Assembly (NCBI GenBank): GCA_964016885.1
Contig: OZ024745.1
Location: 22,754,001-22,818,000, forward strand
Reading direction: 5' to 3'
DNA length: 64,000 nucleotides
Source of the DNA: Eledone cirrhosa
Lineage: Eukaryota
A program made the translations under genes and the position numbers. Below are positions 1 to 15,934 of this stretch, piece by piece. Numbering within the stretch: position 1 is the first letter of the stretch; each line of letters opens with the position of its first letter. The notes beneath the pieces are model-generated. The model was not told the origin of the DNA, did not search any database, and was given only the letters and a program-made list of their open reading frames with translations.

Positions 1-393
1 TTCGCTGGTTTAACAGCTATTTCTTGCGTTCGAGTTTTCAAATTATTCCTATAGCTTTGCTTTGTTATAGAGAGAACACATAACCTTTAATTGTGTCTCT
101 TCCTCAACAAAATGAGCAAACGCTTTAGTGCAAAGTAGTTTAAGTCTAGAAAGTTTGTTGGAAAGATTTCTTTAAACGAGTATATAACGTATGTGAATGT
201 CTCGGTTACTAACAAATTTATTTTATGCTCAGTTTTCTGTACTAATGTAAGCTTTTATTGGTTATTTATTGCCACGTTTCTATCAACTACAAAAAGAAAC
301 GAGGCTCAGTTTCTCCGAGTTTGAAAAACCAGCAAAATTGTGGTGCCGTACGCCGTAAATAAATCTTGGATACTACACACACACACACACACA

Positions 394-482
<89 letters not shown>

Positions 483-588
483 TTGTGTGTGTGAGTAAGA
501 GAGAGAGGTGTATTATTTATGTGTATTATTTATGTACACATGCATGAATATGTATATATATATGTGTGTGTGTGTATGTGTGTATGTG

Positions 589-664
<76 letters not shown>

Positions 665-763
665 CATGTATATATATATGTGTGTGTGCGTGTGAGTGTG
701 AGAGAGAGAGGTGTGTATTATTTATGTACACATGCATGTATATGTATATATATATGTGTGTGT

Positions 764-799
<36 letters not shown>

Positions 800-1208
800 A
801 CTAAATTTCCACAAGCCCATCTCTATTACAAACTAAGGAAGTTCCAGTAAGGTAATTTGTACGTTCACATCTCCCGCGCCATCTTTTATTGTTATTTATA
901 TACCTTGTATCAATGTACTGGTTATGTGTGTGTGAGTGTTTGTGTGTGTGTGTGAGTGTGTGTGTGTGTGTATGTGTATATACATGTGTGTTTGTGTGTG
1001 TGTGCGAGTGTGTGTGTATGTGTATATATGTGTGCGTGTTATTTTTTCATTCTTAAACTTCCATTTAAGACTGGTTTTATCCTTCATTCTAAGTGTGTCT
1101 AAAATATAAAGTGACGAAATAGTGCGGAGGTAAACCAGTTTAATATGTTTCTCCCCGTCACAAGATATCCTTGTGCCAAAAGTACTTATACGTGTGTGTA
1201 TGTATGTG

Positions 1209-1264
<56 letters not shown>

Positions 1265-1491
1265 TGCTTACGCACGTGCACAATTATAGCTCTTTTTACA
1301 AATGTTTTTTTTTTCTATTTCAGGTAGACGCACTCCATCATCCATGTTTCTAAAATACAAATCATACACAAACGCCAGCACCAACAGTTTTGCAAGAGAT
1401 GTCAACATGAATGGACCTGTTGTTTTTATCTAATGACATGTTTTCCAATTTCATCCCGCCCGTCCCCTTAATCTATTTTATTTCTCATTCT

Positions 1492-1529
1492 TTCTTCTGA
1501 TGAAGGACTAGCGTCCGAAACGTTAAGAA
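1492..1529 (+). ncRNA. Minimal type I hammerhead motif
   Basis: ttctt-CTGATGA-a-ggac-tagc-gtcc-GAAA-cgt-TA-agaa; stem II ggac/gtcc, palindromic AACGTT stem III. Confidence 0.7.
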
Positions 1530-1617
1530 CCTCTTCCTGCTATTTCAAGCGTTAACCTAATATATCCCTTCCATATACTGTACCGATTGTGTTGTTATTT
1601 CTGTTTACCTTTTACAT

Positions 1618-1700
<83 letters not shown>

Positions 1701-1729
1701 TATACATACATACATATTCATACATACGT

Positions 1730-1783
<54 letters not shown>

Positions 1784-1784
1784 T

Positions 1785-1837
<53 letters not shown>

Positions 1838-2118
1838 GTTAAATATATATATATATGTTGCATAAATATATATATATGTTGCATATATATATATTTAATT
1901 TTATGTATATGATAACCCTTATATTTAATAATCTCCCAATTGGTTGAGATTAAATTTGGCGATATATGGCTGCGCTTTCTAGCAGCAAGCCTACCCGCCA
2001 TAAGCAACCAATCACACTCTTTCTCTCTGGCTGGAACACAGCTACATAGCGATTTAGCCATTTTTGAATCTAAATTTGGCGCGATCGGATTGAAAAACTA
2101 AATGTCTGATTTTGAGTT

Positions 2119-2195
2119 TATCCCCTGATGAAACTAACTCTGGAATTCCATATTATTTGGATGTCCTAAATAAGGAAGAAACCATGGTAGGGATA
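2119..2195 (+). ncRNA. Type I hammerhead motif with extended stem II
   Basis: tatccc-CTGATGA-(~46 nt incl. ttcc..ttattt/aaataa..ggaa)-GAAA-ccatgg-TA-gggata; perfect 6-bp stem I and palindromic stem III. Confidence 0.65.
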
Positions 2196-2478
2196 TAATT
2201 ACGGTATGTGCGCATTTCTTCTAAGTTTAATTTTACTACTAATTGTGTGTGGTTGATGGTATATTTGGTCGAAGTCTGCATGCTGTCGAAATGTTCGATA
2301 AATAATGGAACGGGGCTGCCACGGAGAGGCTACGGTCGATTGTTTGTCAGAGATTTCCCCATAAGAAAATTTATTCTTAAAGCTTGCTAGACTTGATTTT
2401 GTATATCGTTAATTATGCTAATTAGAAGAAGAAATAGTATATATTTTAATATCTGATGATTCTAAAAGACATGTTTTA

Positions 2479-2530
<52 letters not shown>

Positions 2531-2547
2531 ATATTTATATATATATG

Positions 2548-2639
<92 letters not shown>

Positions 2640-2641
<2 letters not shown>

Positions 2642-2800
2642 ATATATAAGATCAAAAGATGGTTAAAAGAGCTCCATGTATTTTATTATGCGCATTTCAA
2701 AAACAAATATCATTATGCGATGACATTTGATGATATTTGTTTTTGAAATGCGCATAAAATACATGGAACTCTTTTAACCATCTTTTGATCTTATATATTA
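2640..2800. repeat. ~160-bp inverted repeat with degenerate hammerhead (TTGATGA..GAAA-tgcgca-TA)
   Basis: tataagatcaaaagatggttaaaagag / ctcttttaaccatcttttgatcttata. Confidence 0.7.
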
Positions 2801-2887
2801 TTATTTATACTCCAGTCCTACAAACTGTAGAGTGCTACTTATCCGATATCTGCATTGCTTTATTGTACTACAATAAAACTCACCTCC

Positions 2888-2927
<40 letters not shown>

Positions 2928-3284
2928 TAGGGCGGGTAAAATTCCTGAGATCCATGGACGAGTTCTCTCCAGCGGTCTCTGACCCTCATTAGCGCTGCCA
3001 TGTCCTGCGTCTCCAAGATACCAGCGTCTATCCTTAGGAGATCAACATATGTAAACTACGTAATATGACAGCAGCCACTTGATAAAGTTTATGTTTCTCC
3101 TTTGGTGGTAGTTGCAGTCCGATTCCTTTTTTCCGAGTTTGGAAGGATGGGTGGTCCACCTTTGGTTTGCCAAATTTGGACGGGGAGTGCGGTTTGGTTT
3201 GACAGAAGTCAAGGCGTTCTGTTTAGGGTGTTTGCTGAGTGTTTGTGGACTGATTGGAGCAATAAGGGATGTATTTACGCATAT

Positions 3285-3382
<98 letters not shown>

Positions 3383-3474
3383 GTATATATAAGTTTATCT
3401 CGGGTTCAATCGGGGGTAACCACAGTAAGTAAGGTACTCGATACAAATCAGAGTATAAATATTTAATATAGAAA

Positions 3475-3527
3475 AGGCTTCTACAGGACTAAAACTGTTT
3501 CATTCGGGAGAAATCATCAGGAAGCCT
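3475..3527 (-). ncRNA. Type I hammerhead ribozyme
   Basis: Reverse complement: aggcttc-CTGATGA-t-ttc-tccc-gaa-t-GAAA-cag-ttttagtc-ctg-TA-gaagcct; 7-bp stem I and a looped stem III. An inverted copy follows on the + strand (3525-3575). Confidence 0.78.
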
Positions 3528-3584
3528 CTGATGATTTCTCCCGAATGAAACAGTTCTAGTCCTGTAGAAGCCTTTTCTGTATTA

Positions 3585-3616
<32 letters not shown>

Positions 3617-3619
3617 ATG

Positions 3620-4705
3620 TTTAAGTATCGAGAGAGAGAAAAAAAGGAAAGATAGGTGATACATATATTTAGTTGCCAATAGTTTGTGCAGATGTGCTCA
3701 ATACTCGAGCCTACAGGGTTAAATATTAGAAGTGTCAATATTTAGTGGGCGAGAAAAAATAAGCAGAGCGATTATAAAAGAAATGAATACAAGGAGTTTA
3801 AAACCGTTAAAACATGTTTATATAACAGTGCACCTACATACGTTTCGCCCGGAATGGGCTTGTCAAGGGCATGGAAAACAAAAAAAAAATGATCAAAATA
3901 CGACCCAGTAGGGGTTTTACCGTTAAATTAACATCAGAGTTCATTCTTCGCCTATGTGCACGTGCTGTTATTATCGCAGTGCAGGGGGAGTTACTCTCCC
4001 TGCTCTGTGGCGAGACCCGACGACCGATCTCTTGCCGTTTCAACTGCTAGTTTCTGAGTCTGGAACTAGCTGTTGAACCAGTAAGAGCTCAGTCGTCGAG
4101 CCCCGACTCTTTGTAATACAGTCACTCTTCTATCTCAAGTATCGATATACTGGTTGTATTCTGAAATTAGAATGTTTTGTTAAAAGGCCAAGCAAAACAA
4201 ATGAGACAATACATTGTAAAAATATTGATAACGAAGATGTTGGAATGTTTCTTTGGTTTTGTGTAATAGTCTGTATATTTGGGATAAATTACTTCATCAA
4301 AAGAACTAAGAACGGGATGGTTTGTGTAGTTCTTATGTTTACATTTGAATCTGAATGTGTTTTGTTTGTTTGTTATTTAGTTCTTTTTTCAATGCTGGGC
4401 CAGGGGAAACGATTTAGTGTTATATGTTTTAACCCAAGCTACCATTATAATTATGCTTGAGTTGGGATTAGTTGTTGTAGTTAGCCACTGGCTTTACACT
4501 TCTAGTCTATTGGTGATTTGTGGTTTGAGTTTTGCTGTTGGAATAAATTCTTTGATTCTGACATTGCCAGTATTCCAATCCTAGGCTTCGATGGTGACCA
4601 TGAATTTGTGTTCTTACACTTATTTATGTGTTTCTTGAAGGAAGTTGCAAGTGTGCTGAGCCATTCTTTTGAATCTGTGAGTCTTTACGTCTCACACACT
4701 AGTCC

Positions 4706-4710
<5 letters not shown>
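3620..4710 (-). mobile_element. Probable decayed Penelope-like 3' fragment
   Basis: Minus-strand RIKEFIP..KLKPQIT-like remnant near 4500-4570, followed by a degenerate hammerhead at 3832-3870; (TA)n flanks. Confidence 0.35.
3832..3870 (-). ncRNA. Degenerate or variant minimal hammerhead
   Basis: Reverse complement: TTGACAA-gccc-attcc-gggc-GAAA-cg-TA; core differs from CUGANGA at two positions. Confidence 0.4.
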
Positions 4711-4790
<80 letters not shown>

Positions 4791-4791
4791 A

Positions 4792-4848
<57 letters not shown>

Positions 4849-4856
4849 ATATATAT

Positions 4857-5930
<1,074 letters not shown>

Positions 5931-5937
5931 TGAACTG

Positions 5938-5990
<53 letters not shown>

Positions 5991-6093
5991 GAGTGTGTGT
6001 AATGAAAGACGTTTTGAGCGTAAAGATGATTTTCCAACTATATCAAGCGTAAAACTAATATATTTCTTCATTGTTGTTTCCGTTCCCGTTTTA

Positions 6094-6196
<103 letters not shown>

Positions 6197-6229
6197 GTGG
6201 GGGGCATTAATTCAAAGCTGAATTAAATC

Positions 6230-7390
6230 ACGTTTTCCATTATTCAGATGTTCTTCAAATCCACCAGTGTGGATTACCATTATTAATGTGTACAGATGTT
6301 ACATATGTGTATTCTATCATGTCATTTGTCAGTTTGGTTTTCCAGAAGAGGTAACTCGGTAAAAGTAAGTCAGTCTTAACTTCTTTAAAATTATCGACTG
6401 TCGCAACTAGTCCTATCATCTGATGCTCGAAGGTAATTCCGCGTGTAGTTTGCGATTATTCAAGAGACACTTATTTTCTCTATTTCAGTATCTCGTTTCG
6501 TATTTATTAAGTATAAAGAAAGAATATTGTATTTTTCTGCCAGGCAAAGGAAGGCATATTTTCCATCCATTTATATAAGGAGCTGCAGTTTACACTACAC
6601 ATTTGTTTATTGTTGTATTATCAAAGCCATTCCTTTTCGAATTCCAGATGCATTGGAATTGTTCTATGGAATTTCCTTTGTTTTTCTTTTAAAAGGGATG
6701 GATATTGAGTTAAATATGCTTTTGTGATTAGTTGCTGTGAGGCTGGTATAATTCTTGTTATACACTTTAAAGATAGTATTTCGCATTGTTATATTTTGCA
6801 AGGGTCTAACAACTTAGTGCCTTTATAAAGGTCTTTACCATTTAGTAAGCAGAATGTTTCATTGCTGCAAATGCACTCTTGTACTGGCATGGACTTGTTC
6901 CTAAGTATAGTTAATCATATCATTTCTCACTATGATAGCATTTTGCCAAATATTTATAATAATATACTACTTTTATGAAATAATTTGTGGTATTTTAGGA
7001 TAATGGAAAAATATTTTCTGATGAGCGACAAAAAAATGACTGCTTATCCTGAACTTTACAACCATGCTAAAGGGTAGGTTAAACCATATATTTTTACCCC
7101 TTTTTTCAAACCTCTTAATATATGTTTTGTTCTGATAGGTGCACCAGCTTCTGTTTAAATTCCTTTTTTCTTCTTCTGACATCATCATCTCTTTGTGCAG
7201 CAGCATGATATTTTTTCTTTATATTTTTATCCGGAGAAATCTACTTATAACTGAAAGATTTCCACTTACAATTGGATTTATAACTGGTTACAAACTATAG
7301 CTAGATATTTAAAGCTGTAAATTGATTGTTAGAATTGTTGTTGATATATATATTACATTTCATATACATTTCTACCTCTATCAACCTACG
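6230..7390 (-). mobile_element. Heavily decayed Penelope-like element fragment
   Basis: ORF 6973-7206 KRGKNIWFNLPFS resembles the PLE post-RT IWFNPP(F/Y)S motif. Confidence 0.55.
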
Positions 7391-7546
7391 AGCTAAGACC
7401 AAGGTTGGATATATACATACACATATATATATGTTTATATATATATATATTTATATATATATATATATATATACATACATATGTTTTATATATACATATA
7501 TATATACATATATGTATACATATATGTTGTGTATATATATATATAT

Positions 7547-8159
<613 letters not shown>

Positions 8160-8210
8160 TAAAATAATTAAGTCAAATATTTAAAATTTGGCTTCGTTTA
8201 TTAAAGGTGT

Positions 8211-8263
8211 ACTGCTATATATATTTCGGTGACAGCCATCCTTGGCTGTGACCTCTTCAGTCC
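8211..8263 (-). ncRNA. Hammerhead core lacking a clear stem I
   Basis: Reverse complement: CTGAAGA-ggt-c-acagcca-agga-tggctgt-c-acc-GAAA-tatata-TA; strong stem II. Confidence 0.5.
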
Positions 8264-8536
8264 GAATTGGTGTGGTAGAGACAGGTACACATGTTGTTAA
8301 AGTGTTTAACTCCGTCAATACTCCGATATGCCCAGTTCCTGGTTGGGTTGTTATTTCTCTGAGGAACTGGAATCATATCCTCAGACAAAATACAATACTA
8401 GATGAATAAAATGTTGTATGACATACTCGTAAAAGAGACCGTATACGATCAAGTCAGAACAGGTATACATATATATTGTATGTGAACCAATGAATTACTG
8501 ATGATGATTCCAATATGAGGACTTGATGCTCAAGCA

Positions 8537-8698
8537 GAATAATTGTCCAGCAATTATCCCAGTGTATTACTGGTACTTTATTTTATAGACCGCGTAAGGA
8601 TGAAAGGCAAAGTTAACCTCGGCGGGATTTGAACTCAGACCGTAAAAAGCGGTTACTCTGTGCTGCAAATCATGGCGTCAGACCCTCTACTGATACTG
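8537..8698 (-). mobile_element. tRNA-derived SINE (same family)
   Basis: aaggatgaaaggcaaagttaacctcggcgggatttgaactcaga. Confidence 0.75.
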
Positions 8699-9165
8699 AG
8701 AATAATAATAATAATAATTAAAAAACGATAAAGTTTCGTTTAGATTTATTTATGTTTTCATTGTGATCACCTCAAACACTTTATTTTTTGTTGAAACACC
8801 AGTCTGATGAGTAGAACGATACGGGAGTCGGGTTCATAACTTCCATGGGTGACCTTGAGCTAATCCTCTGCGCAACGCATGTAACAGGTCGATATTCTAA
8901 CCACATGCCCATAGTATCGTAACTGTGATCTCAAATATCAAAATATATACAGTCAACTTACATGATAATCTGATTCAAACAAAGTTAGTTTTCAGTTGAC
9001 ACTTAGCGCACAGGATGTGATATTTACAGCTTTCTAACAGCCATACTGTCACCTGTGACCTTTCACATCTGCTAATCATGGAGAAATTGACGCCAGATAC
9101 GACACAAGTCAACTGCCATTGGTCATTTAAATCACAAAGACGAACACAAATAGACGAAACTAAAG

Positions 9166-9617
9166 TTGGTTGTCATCGATGTCATACTTGTCGCCGTCAT
9201 CGTCGCCACGATTGTTGTTGATGTTATTGCTATCGTCGTTGGTATCGTCCTCGTCATCGTTGTTGTTGTTGTGTTGTTGTTTTGTTGTTAATGTCACCGC
9301 TATTGTTGTTGCTGTTGTTGTCATCATCGTTGTTGTTGCTGTTGTTGTTGTCACCTTTGTCGTTGTTGTTGCTGTTGTTGTTGTTGTCATCATCTTTGTT
9401 GTTGTCGTTGTTGCTGTTGTTGTTGTCGTTGTTGCTGTTGTTGTTGTCGTTGTTGCTGCTGTTGTTGTTGTTGTTGTTGTTGTTGCTGTTGTTGTCATCA
9501 TCTTTGTCGTTGTCGTTGTTGTTGTTGTTGTTGCTGTTGTTGTTGCTGTTGTTGTCATCATATTTGTCGTTGTCGTTGTTGTTATTGTTGTTGTTGTTGC
9601 TGTTGTTGTCATCATCT

Positions 9618-9649
<32 letters not shown>

Positions 9650-9896
9650 GCTGTTGTTGTCATCATCTTTGTCGTTGTTGTTGTTGTCGTTGTTGTTGTT
9701 GCTGTTGTTGTCATCATCTTTGTCGTTGTTGTTGTTGTTGTTGTTGTTGCTGTTGTTGTCATAATCTTTGTCGTTGTTGTTGTTGTTGCTGTTGTCATCA
9801 TCTTTGTCGTTGTCGTTGTTGTTGTTGTTGTTGTCATCATCGTTGTCGTCGTTGTTGTTGTTGTTGTTGTTGTTGTTGTCATCGTTGTCGTTGTCG

Positions 9897-9931
<35 letters not shown>

Positions 9932-10065
9932 GCTGTTGTTGTTGCTGTTGCTGTTGTTGTCATCATCTTTGTCGTTGTCGTTGTTGTTGTTGCTGTTGTC
10001 GACACTCTTCCTCGTCGTCGTGTTTATTATTGTTTGTGTCTTCGTCGTCGTCGTCTTTGTTGTAT
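9166..10065. repeat. Degenerate (GTT)n triplet satellite with higher-order gtcatcatctttgtc units
   Basis: Direct inspection. Confidence 0.9.
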
Positions 10066-10094
10066 TGAAGAAAATAACATTGCTGCCTCATTAT

Positions 10095-10301
10095 AAGGGT
10101 GTATCAACACTACTGTATTTCACCAGGCTATATTGTTTAACAAATGTCCAGATAACTATACGACAACTTCTACCATACATGTCTGAATGGAAAGCTTTAT
10201 TCTTATTTATAACTTTTTATAAATGTTTATAAAGTTATTTACATATCGAGCATTTGTAAAAGTTGTATATAAAATCGGATGATTCTCTTTGATACACCCT
10301 G
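10095..10301. mobile_element. Tc1/mariner-type MITE
   Basis: agggtgtatcaa / ttgatacaccctg TIRs with TA flanks. Confidence 0.55.
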
Positions 10302-12442
10302 TATATCAATAAGAGAAAGTGGCTTAGCATCCCTGATCTGTGTTATCATTAACTAGTGTGTTTTGAAATAAAATGACAACTTATTATACACAAAATATCC
10401 GCATTTATTGATCCTCCATATTGTCTGTGTTGTTTATGGTTCCTAACCATTGAGAATACACCAGGGCAATTCTATACGTTGAACTTCCGTCATGTAGGAG
10501 GCTTAGGAGTCTGCGGAATAATCATAATCTAATAACTTGCAAGCAGCCAACCATTTCTAAATTAATTGTAATACAATATGAGAGACTCTGCTGGTTTGAC
10601 CATGTTTATCCAATGGATACACAGGGTCATACCAGAAGCATCCCGTGTAAGTTATTTTCTGTACAAACAACTTACACGTCTCTGACTATAAGTATCCACA
10701 GCCCAGGAATTGAACTCACAACGTTGCTTTAGTATACTCAGCTGAAACATGAGTACCAGCAATAGCTTGGTGTTTAACCTGAGATGGACTAGCGTCCTTT
10801 CCAGGGGAGGCGGAGTCTTGTACTCTCAGTTGTTTTACGGCACAGAAAGCCGGATAAATACTGGCCTGATGAACCTCCGGACTCCAGACAGTCTTTAGAC
10901 CATAAATATAAGCAGAACAAAAAGAGTTCCAAAAATTATTTCAAAGAATGTAGAAGGATATTTATAGGGACATCTAAAATAAGGGGTGGATCAGGGTAAA
11001 TATTATGGCAGACTCCCTCCAGTCACGAATGAGCATTGGATTTGTACCTAGAAAGTTCTCATCCAAAGCACAAGTCCAAGTAAGTTTGTTTGTGGAAGAC
11101 CAGCAGTCACCCATGCAGACCTGTCTCCCTGTCTCAAATCTCGCCAAGGTCAACTTCGCCTTTCATATTTTTGAGGTCGATAAAAAAACTACCAGTAAAG
11201 TGTCGGGGTCTGTTTCTTTCTCACTTCCTCTCTATCGCTCTCCCTATCCTTCTGAAAGAAATCTGCTGTGATCAGACCTGGAGAAGAGATGGTCGCCACC
11301 AGGCTTAAAATGCGCCCAAAACGATGTAAGCCACTACGGTACCCCACGACTCCATCAAGAGTTACAGGATTTATATACCATAAAAATACTTATTTAATGG
11401 GATGTCATTGCTCTTTCTCTATCCAATATTAGTCTTTGTAATATTTAATAATTAACTTCAATAATTCGTTTATTAGATTTGTGTTTGTTTGTTAAAATAT
11501 TCAAGTTGTTTGGTTAAAAATTAGAATATTATTTTCACTAATCATTTGTTAATTTGGGGATTCATTTTCCTGTAATTTTTAAGGCGTTAGTCAGTTATGA
11601 CATTTTCATTATCGCTAATTTTAAGAAATATTTTATTACGTTTCCTAATTTATTCTCTTTCATCTAGTTTAGTTTTATAGAAATTCTGGAAATGTGAACT
11701 TTATGCGACCATTTCTCTCAATTGCATGGTTAAACGTCTCGAAACTATGATGGAATTCGGGGTAATGTGGCATTTGTTAAGCGTAATTAAGTAATTAATT
11801 ACCCGTGAAATTAAGAATTATAATGGCGATAATACTCGCCTCCACACTAGGCTTTATCGTATGGAACTGTTGCGCATCGAACAATCTATAAACGTAATAT
11901 TTTTATATTATACGATAAGAGCAATACCCTAGGCGCTTGCATTTAAATTCCATTTTAGGATATTTTGGGGGATATTTTCATCTACTTGTTTGGATTAGTG
12001 GAATTTATTTTTATAGTAGCTTTTGTGAGTGATGGTGGGGTGTGTGGGACTGTAGTAGGTTTTGTAAGTGGTGGTGGGTTGTGAAAAGCCCAGCTGAGGC
12101 CACAAATAAATTGTTACAGCCGTCAATGGTGGGGTCCTTCACACAGCATAGGACCCGTGACAATTTCCCACTTTTCCCCTCCCCGTATTAAATCCGGCCC
12201 TGAATAAATTGGTCGTGAACTGTCATGCGACTACAGTCTATGTGATATACCCACTTCAACGGTATATGTCAAGTCATCAGTCATCTCAACTTTATTCAGT
12301 AACTTGTAGTTAATTGTTCATGTGAAACTTCTTTTAAAATTTTCAATAGTTCGGGCAATATATTGATTCTATTTAATATATTGATTCTATTTAAAAGAAT
12401 ATTCGGTTTTGTTTGATGCCTTTAAAAAATAATCTGTTAATT

Positions 12443-12716
12443 GTGTTTATACTGGGGTACATCTGGTTTATATTAGGGTTCATATATTTTATACCGGGTA
12501 CATTTGGTTTATATCAGGGTACATTTGGTTTATACCGGGTACATTTCGTTTATATCGGGGTACATTTCGTTTATACCGGGTACATTTCGTTTATATTAGG
12601 GTACATTTGGTTTATATCGGGGTACATTTCGTTTATATTAGGGTTCATATATTTTATAGCGGGGTACATTTAGTTTATACCGGGTACATTTGGTTTATAT
12701 CGGGGTACATTTGGTT
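12443..12716. repeat. ~21-bp minisatellite (tttataccgggtacatttggt), ~13 copies
   Basis: Direct inspection. Confidence 0.88.
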
Positions 12717-13467
12717 CTTGTGATAATTTTTATGTATACTTTGTTTGTCTTTAACTGATTTGTTTATACAAATTACGTCGTTCAATATATGTATATAATA
12801 TGTATATAATATGTACATAACACAAATGTCACAACAACCTCATAAATAGTTTGTTTTCTAAATAACACGCAATGATTTTGATCCGACACTGCAGAGAGAG
12901 CGTTACTGTTGTCACAGTTCTACTTTATATGGAAATATGTTATCGCAGTGTAAGTATTTCTACACGATCGATTCCAATAGAAGACGAGTAGGTTATCTTT
13001 CTTCCACTTGATAGCCCTAATGATGTTTTTTCCCCTATTTTCCAACTCACCTTTAGAACCATGACAAATTATACTTCATAAATTTCATTCAAGAGAGAGG
13101 TTTGAAATGGCTAATACAATATAGGTCAGCTTGGCTTGACGCATCCTTTTGGGAGGTCGATGAAATAAGAAGTGGTCAAGAACTGTGGTTGGATTTATTC
13201 GATTGTTAAGATGCTCAGATATACAGCGTTGCGCCTATGTTAGAATAAATAATTATGAAGCTATTAATTGTAAACTTGGATTTTTTAAATAGTTCTCCTT
13301 CCAACACGCAACTCTATACTAAGAGGTAAAACCAGATGAAAGTCAAGAAGCCTGGTTGTGGATTCAACCATGAGTTAGAAGAAAGGTTACATATGGTTGA
13401 ACAGCTACAGTTTTTTTTCTTTCTGGTTTTGTCATTTATGTATGTATATATGTATGTATGTATGTAT

Positions 13468-13974
13468 GTCAGGTCACCAGTTGGTGCTACTGGAAACATG
13501 TATCCCAGTACAACCTGTCAAAGCGCAAAGGAACTCTTAAGAGTCAATGGCCATCCAAAATCACCGGGAGAGATGACCCCTTAGCCTTTGACAAGGCAAA
13601 ATTCTAGGAGAAGGAAAACTCTGATATAACACCTGCAACCCTGATGGTATCCAATGATGTTGACTTGTTCTTCTTTTTGGTAAATATCATCTTGGTTAAG
13701 AGAGTGGGCTTGGCTTTGTGCAGTGCTTTTGCTCACTATAAAGCTTCACGGCACAGGCATTGCTTTATATCTGGAGATCTCTCTGCACTTGTCGTCACAT
13801 GGTACCATGGGCACAGCACTATGTGTCAATAATTGTCACAAGTGTAGTGTTTGTACCAGAGTTTTCAAGTCGCTGGCTGGACTAAAAAGTCACACTCGTT
13901 CAGCGCATCTGTAGGGGTTCTCCTACATGGATATAAAGTAGTGGCCGTACTCGAAAACGAGTTGGCAGCCACCA
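13468..13974 (+). mobile_element. RTE-derived SINE-like repeat, family A
   Basis: Homologous to 7547-8030; (TATG)n flanks. Confidence 0.7.
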
Positions 13975-14061
13975 TGTATGTATGTATATCTCTATGTATA
14001 TATGTATATATATGTACATATGTGTGTTTGTATTTATATATGTATTATGTATGTATGTAGG

Positions 14062-14122
<61 letters not shown>

Positions 14123-14125
<3 letters not shown>

Positions 14126-14745
14126 AGGTCACTCTTGAGTGCTACTGGTAACATGTAACTCAGTACAACCTGTTACATGGTCGGGTCGTCGGCGACTAAA
14201 CCGCAACCCCACTAAGTTTACTTGGTGAGGAGGGTGATTTTGGGCACCCTGCAGGACAAAAAACAAAACCTGACGAAGGGTGGAAGAACTCATAAGAGTC
14301 AACGGCCATCCAAAAGTGTGTACATATATATATATACACATGTACGTATGTATGTATATGTATATGTGTATATGCATGGGTGCATGTGTATGAATATGCA
14401 CGGGGACATAGAAATAGTCGGGCTGGACACCCGATCGCGCGGTTAAACCACTGGGAGTGAAGGCCCCCTAGCCTTTGTCAGGGCATTCTTCTAGAAGGCA
14501 ACTCAGGAAACTGGGATAACTCCGATATAAAACCTGCGGCTCAGTAGTTACCGATGATGTTGATCTTTTCTTCTTTTCGAGTTATAGCTACTGTCGCTCA
14601 GAGAATGGGATTGGCTCAGTGCACAGTCTTTCCTCACTTTAAAAAATATATTCACGCCCAGGCATTGCACGATAGAATTAATTAATAATTATTAATAATG
14701 GTATATCATGCAATGGCCATACTCGATAACGAGGGGGCAGCCATC
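14123..14745 (+). mobile_element. Related RTE-derived SINE-like repeat, family B
   Basis: Diverged homolog of family A with shorter 3' end (atggccatactcgataacgagggggcagccatc); other pieces at 52660-52698 and 58236-58532 (minus). Confidence 0.65.
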
Positions 14746-15251
14746 ATATATATTTATGTATATGTACGTATGTATATATGTGTGTGTGTATTTATATATA
14801 TATTATGTATGTGCGTATGTATGTATGTATGTATGTATGTATGTATGTATGTATGTATGTATGTATGTATGTATGTATGTATGTATGTATGTATGTATGT
14901 ATGTATGTATGTATGTATCTATGTATATATGTACGTATGTATATATATGTGTGTGTGTATTTATATATGTATTATGTATGTATGTATGTACATGTTTGTA
15001 AGAAAATGTGTAAATCAGGTGGCGCATTGAAGCGACATTTGAACATACACAATAAGCAAACCCAAAGTGGAAACAGCAACGAAATGAGTCATCATTGTAT
15101 CATTTTGAGTCCTGAAAGCCTTTCGCCGGCTTTCAGGACCCAAAAGCCATATAAGATCTCATTCCAGGAAGGAACAGGCATAAAGTGCAAGAACTGGTCA
15201 GATTTTGTATGGAGCAGATGACTTTCATGTATGCACTATTTACGTATATAT

Positions 15252-15580
15252 GGAGGCACATGGCTTAGTGGTTAGAGCATTGGCCTTGCAATCGAAAGGT
15301 TGTGAGTTCAATTCTCAGACCGGGTGATGTGTTGTTTCCTTGAGCAAGACACTTTATTTCATATTGTTCCAGTTTACTCAGCTGTAGAAATGAGATGATA
15401 GGGACTGGGGTCCATATCATTCCACTGCAAAGTGGTCGTGGAGCTGCCACGGCAAAAAAGCACCCAGCACTCACTGTAAATGAGGTTGGTGTTAGGAAGG
15501 GCATCCAGCTGTCGAAATCAAGCCAGAATCAGTTCCCGTCTCACCCTTGCAAGCAGGGAAAAGCGGACGTAAAATGAAAC

Positions 15581-15610
<30 letters not shown>
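15252..15610 (+). mobile_element. Second tRNA-derived SINE family with (GAT)n tail
   Basis: A box tggcttagtggttaga, B box gagttcaattc, ccttgagcaagacacttta core, (gat)n tail; a minus-strand relative lies at ~50660-50838. Confidence 0.7.
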
Positions 15611-15611
<1 letters not shown>

Positions 15612-15615
15612 TATT

Positions 15616-15683
<68 letters not shown>

Positions 15684-15882
15684 TGTGTGTGTGTGTGTGT
15701 GTATATGTTTGTCTGGTTGACTGCATGTATTTATGTATGTATGTATGACTGGTCCCCGAAACTATTCGTAATACATACATGTTAAGTGTCTCTTCCAACA
15801 GATCCAGCACTGTTTCCCTTGATCTTTCATCTATGGATTTTTACCAACGTATACACACACACAATCACACACACACACATAC

Positions 15883-15934
<52 letters not shown>

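Noticed and set aside
8803-8830. CTGATGA motifs at 8803, ~10866 and ~2453
   Set aside because: No downstream stem II-GAAA-stem III-UH arrangement, so not hammerheads.
9160-10232. Poly-Thr, poly-Val and poly-Leu ORFs of 150-308 aa
   Set aside because: (GTT)n is open in several frames on both strands by composition.
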